From: an uncultured bacterium
GTDB lineage: Bacteria > CSSED10-310 > CAZUFC01
DNA: 39,867 nucleotides
Assembly: GCA_964619725.1 (NCBI GenBank)
Contig: CAZUFC010000081.1
Span: forward strand, 1 to 39,867
Direction: 5' to 3'
Below are positions 37,084 through 39,867 of this stretch, one piece after another. Position 1 is the first letter of the stretch; every line of letters begins with the position of its first letter. The translations under genes were made by a program, and so were the position numbers. The notes beneath the pieces are model-generated. The model worked only from the letters and a program-made list of their open reading frames with translations, searched no databases and was not told where the DNA came from.

Positions 37084-37250
37084 GGGTCTGATCATACCGG
37101 GGTTACGCTTCTTTCAGAGTTTTTGACAGTTTGTTTCTGTAATCGGGATCGGGACTGGTATCGGGATCGAAATCCAAATCGAACTAGAAACAAAATGAGG
37201 GGATATTCGCAAAAATTGTAACCTCAATAGACGCATTTTAGATCAATGCC
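37084..37250 (-). mobile_element. ~170-bp MITE-like repeat, copy C (inverted)
   Basis: The reverse complement reads GGCATTGATCTAAAATGCGTCTATTGAGGTTACAATT...CCCGAT tract...GAAGCGTAACCCCGGTATGATCAGACCC. Confidence 0.75.
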
Positions 37251-37530
37251 CATTTTCTTAATTGAAAATCAAAGGAAACATGAGTAAATAACAGAATGTC
37301 TTGAAATATATCGTTTTTTATTTATAATAGCCATGGGTTCCAACAGCTAAGAAGGATAAGCGATGGAACCGAAAAAATTAACGCTTCCGCAATTTCGAGA
37401 GGAAAGTAAGTTGCCGGAAGGTTTATGCCATGCATCGGTAACTGAAAATCAAGAGTTTAATTGAAAGGGTTTGGGAAACATATAAATGAACGCATACGGT
37501 TTCGGAAAGTGAGAGTCCCGGAGAAACAGC

Positions 37531-38517
37531 ATGAAAAATAATAATGAATTAATAATACAAGTAAATAATCTGACGAAGCGGTTTGAAGAAGTTCTTGCGG
37601 TTAAGGCAGTGGATTTCGACGTGTTCCGTGGCGAGTTGTTCGGATTTCTGGGGCCGAACGGCGCGGGGAAAACGACGACCATCAACATGTTGACGGGGCT
37701 TACACGGCCTGACACAGGGACAATACGGATCAGCAATATTGATTGCATAAAACGGCCGAACGTTGCGCAGCGTCTCATCGGTGTTGTTCCGGATGAAAGC
37801 AATCTCTATCCTGAGTTAACCGGCTTTGAGAATCTGTGTTTCTGCGCGGCGTTATACGGCATTGACAAATCCCGGCGAGTGGAAGGAGCCCGACGACTGC
37901 TGAAGTCCTTCGGATTGTGTAAAGCCGCTGATCGCAAATTTGGAGGTTACTCGAAGGGCATGAAGCGCAAACTCACCATCGCGGCCGGAATCATCCACGA
38001 ACCGGAAATTTTGTTTCTGGATGAACCCACTACGGGCATCGATGTGGCAAGCGCTCGTCAAATAAGACAACTCATCGCCGATATGCACGGCAACGGCACA
38101 ACCATATTCCTGACCACTCACTATATCGAAGAAGCGGAACGGCTATGCGACAGGATCGCGTTTATAGTTTCCGGCCGGATCGCAAAAACAGACTATGTTT
38201 CCAATCTGATCCAGCCGGTGCAGGCGAAACATGTGGTCCTTTTTTCTTTCGCAAACAAGGTAAGCGATAATAAAGAGCGACTGAACGAAACATTTCCGGG
38301 CCTGGATTTTAGCTCTCCAGGTCCAGGTACGATTCGCGTTGAGTCGGATGAATCCATAAGCGTCGGACCCTTAGTTCGGTACCTGGAAGATCAGGGAATG
38401 GAAGTTCAGGAGGCGCGCAGGTTACGGCCTTCGCTCGAAGACATCTTCTTGCGGATCACAGGCATCGAAGCGGATGCCATGCGTAAAGAAAAAGAGAAGG
38501 GAGGAGGCCGAAAATGA
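37531..38517 (+). CDS. ABC transporter ATP-binding protein (ABC-2/DrrA-like exporter)
   Basis: Walker A GPNGAGKTT, signature YSKGMKRKL, Walker B LFLDEPT, TTHYIEEAE and C-terminal PSLEDIFL. Confidence 0.95.
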   Translation: MKNNNELIIQVNNLTKRFEEVLAVKAVDFDVFRGELFGFLGPNGAGKTTTINMLTGLTRPDTGTIRISNIDCIKRPNVAQRLIGVVPDESNLYPELTGFENLCFCAALYGIDKSRRVEGARRLLKSFGLCKAADRKFGGYSKGMKRKLTIAAGIIHEPEILFLDEPTTGIDVASARQIRQLIADMHGNGTTIFLTTHYIEEAERLCDRIAFIVSGRIAKTDYVSNLIQPVQAKHVVLFSFANKVSDNKERLNETFPGLDFSSPGPGTIRVESDESISVGPLVRYLEDQGMEVQEARRLRPSLEDIFLRITGIEADAMRKEKEKGGGRK

Positions 38518-39251
38518 AAGAGTGGATCGCGTTCTGGAATATCATTAGCAAGGACATGAGGACCTATTACCTGAAACCGCCGAACATCAGTTGGGGTCTT
38601 GTATTTCCCCTGGCATGGACATCGATGTTCTTCATAAAATCCGGCGCCGGACTGGGCGCGATACCGTCAATCCTGCCGGGAGTCGTTGCCGTCTCTATTC
38701 TTTTTGGAACAACCTCCATGCTCGCGGTCACGGTAACATTTGAGAAGAAGCAGCGCTCGTTTGAAAGGCTGCTTCTCGCTCCCGTACCACTGGAGATGCT
38801 GATGTTCGCCAAGACCGGCGGCGCCATCTTGTTCGGCATGGCGAACGCGTTCGTTCCTGTCATCATCGCGTTGTTTGTCTCCGACCTGTCCGGTATTTCC
38901 TGGGGGTTGTTCATTCCAGCGGTTTTTATGATCGCCGTAACATCGACATTCCTGGGGCTTTTTATTGCCGTTGCCGTCAGCGAGGTATTCGAAGCGCAGA
39001 CCTTTTCCAATTTTTTTCGTTTCCCCATGATATTCCTCTGCGGCTTGTTCTTTCCCATTGAAAAGCTGCCGTTCTTTCTCAAACCGCTCTCGTATGTTCT
39101 GCCTTTGACGTATGGCGTCGATATTCTGCATGGAACAGTGCATGGCGACCATATCATGCCCTATATACTGGACTTTATTCTGCTGGGTCTTTTCTGCTTC
39201 GGACTGTTTGTGTTGAGTCTGCGCAATATCAAGAAAAGATGGATCGCTTGA
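38514..39251 (+). CDS. ABC-2 type transporter permease
   Basis: Six TM helices, EK...FERLL.AP, FLCGLFFPIEKLP and LPLTYGVD motifs. ATGA overlap with the ATPase gene. Confidence 0.93.
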   Translation: MKEWIAFWNIISKDMRTYYLKPPNISWGLVFPLAWTSMFFIKSGAGLGAIPSILPGVVAVSILFGTTSMLAVTVTFEKKQRSFERLLLAPVPLEMLMFAKTGGAILFGMANAFVPVIIALFVSDLSGISWGLFIPAVFMIAVTSTFLGLFIAVAVSEVFEAQTFSNFFRFPMIFLCGLFFPIEKLPFFLKPLSYVLPLTYGVDILHGTVHGDHIMPYILDFILLGLFCFGLFVLSLRNIKKRWIA

Positions 39252-39295
39252 TTCCTTATAACCAACTGATCTAGTGATCATAAGGAGGGAGAAAA

Positions 39296-39799
39296 ATGAT
39301 GCGGCCATTCGATAATAAAAGGTTCGTCATTGCATTCGTTATCTTTGGCGTAGTGATGTTTACGGCAATCGGTCATGCCGATGATCATAACGCGGAAACA
39401 ATGTCGCCGGAACCTGCTGACAGCAAACCTGTAATCCAGGTTTTCTACAAGGAAAAACAACCGTCCATGAAGACATTGGAAAAGGTCAAAGCGTTCCTGG
39501 AAGAATATCAAGGCAGGTACGACATTCAATACATTCGGATAACCGACCCGGAAAACGAGAGTTTAATCAAATCACTGGGATTGCCGACGGAACATTTTCC
39601 CTTCGCCCTGGCGATCGATCAGAAAACAAGCGCCAGGATCGACGGTAAAACAATCGTTTTTGCCCATTTTCCTGATTTCATGCACCATATTGGAAAGCAC
39701 CAGGGAAACTGGACGCTTGCTCATCTAGTGAAAGTCCTGAATGATAATTCACTGATGTTAGCGGATAATCCGACTGTGGAAACCAAACCGGGCGGATAG
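39296..39799 (+). CDS. Secreted hypothetical protein, possibly thioredoxin-like without CxxC and with a His-rich segment
   Basis: AGGAGG RBS, signal peptide ending GHA, IQVFY...FPFALAID pattern and HFPDFMHHIGKH. Confidence 0.7.
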   Translation: MMRPFDNKRFVIAFVIFGVVMFTAIGHADDHNAETMSPEPADSKPVIQVFYKEKQPSMKTLEKVKAFLEEYQGRYDIQYIRITDPENESLIKSLGLPTEHFPFALAIDQKTSARIDGKTIVFAHFPDFMHHIGKHQGNWTLAHLVKVLNDNSLMLADNPTVETKPGG

Positions 39800-39867
39800 A
39801 TGCTTAAAAGGCTTAGCCCGGATTTCTCATACAAAATCGTAGTGAGAGCGTTCAGATTCCCGCAGAT
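39800..39867 (+). CDS. Probable start of the next operon gene, truncated by the window end
   Basis: ATG immediately follows the TAG of the previous gene and the frame stays open to the window end (MLKRLSPDFSYKIVVRAFRFPQ). Confidence 0.4.
   Translation, partial: MLKRLSPDFSYKIVVRAFRFPQ

Overview
Bacterial genomic window, probably from a diderm and poorly studied lineage (an outer-membrane beta-barrel gene is present), dominated by large secreted or surface proteins. These are a 3483-aa five-module beta-helix protein with a dockerin/cohesin-like tail, a Sec-type transglutaminase-like/RHS protein followed by a YD-hairpin + beta-helix partner, and two paralogous 14-repeat beta-propeller proteins. 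The partner and both propellers end in the same unnamed ~120-aa C-terminal domain, a candidate lineage-specific sorting/anchoring domain. Other genes encode a ZIP transporter, an XRE regulator fused to an apparently inactive thymidylate-kinase domain, a TMTC-like GT-C/TPR glycosyltransferase, a BI-1/YccA protein, a ParE/addiction-module TA pair, a PP2C/SpoIIE phosphatase, a small Rho-N/SAP-like Cys protein and an ABC-2 exporter operon. Intergenic DNA holds two dispersed MITE-like repeat families (~170 bp and 57 bp), a candidate ~200-nt structured RNA, a frameshifted relic with an IPTL-CTERM-like tail and a 37-bp duplicate of the antitoxin start. No CRISPR array, tRNA, rRNA, transposase or reverse transcriptase was recognised. 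All family calls come from motif recognition by eye, not database searches.
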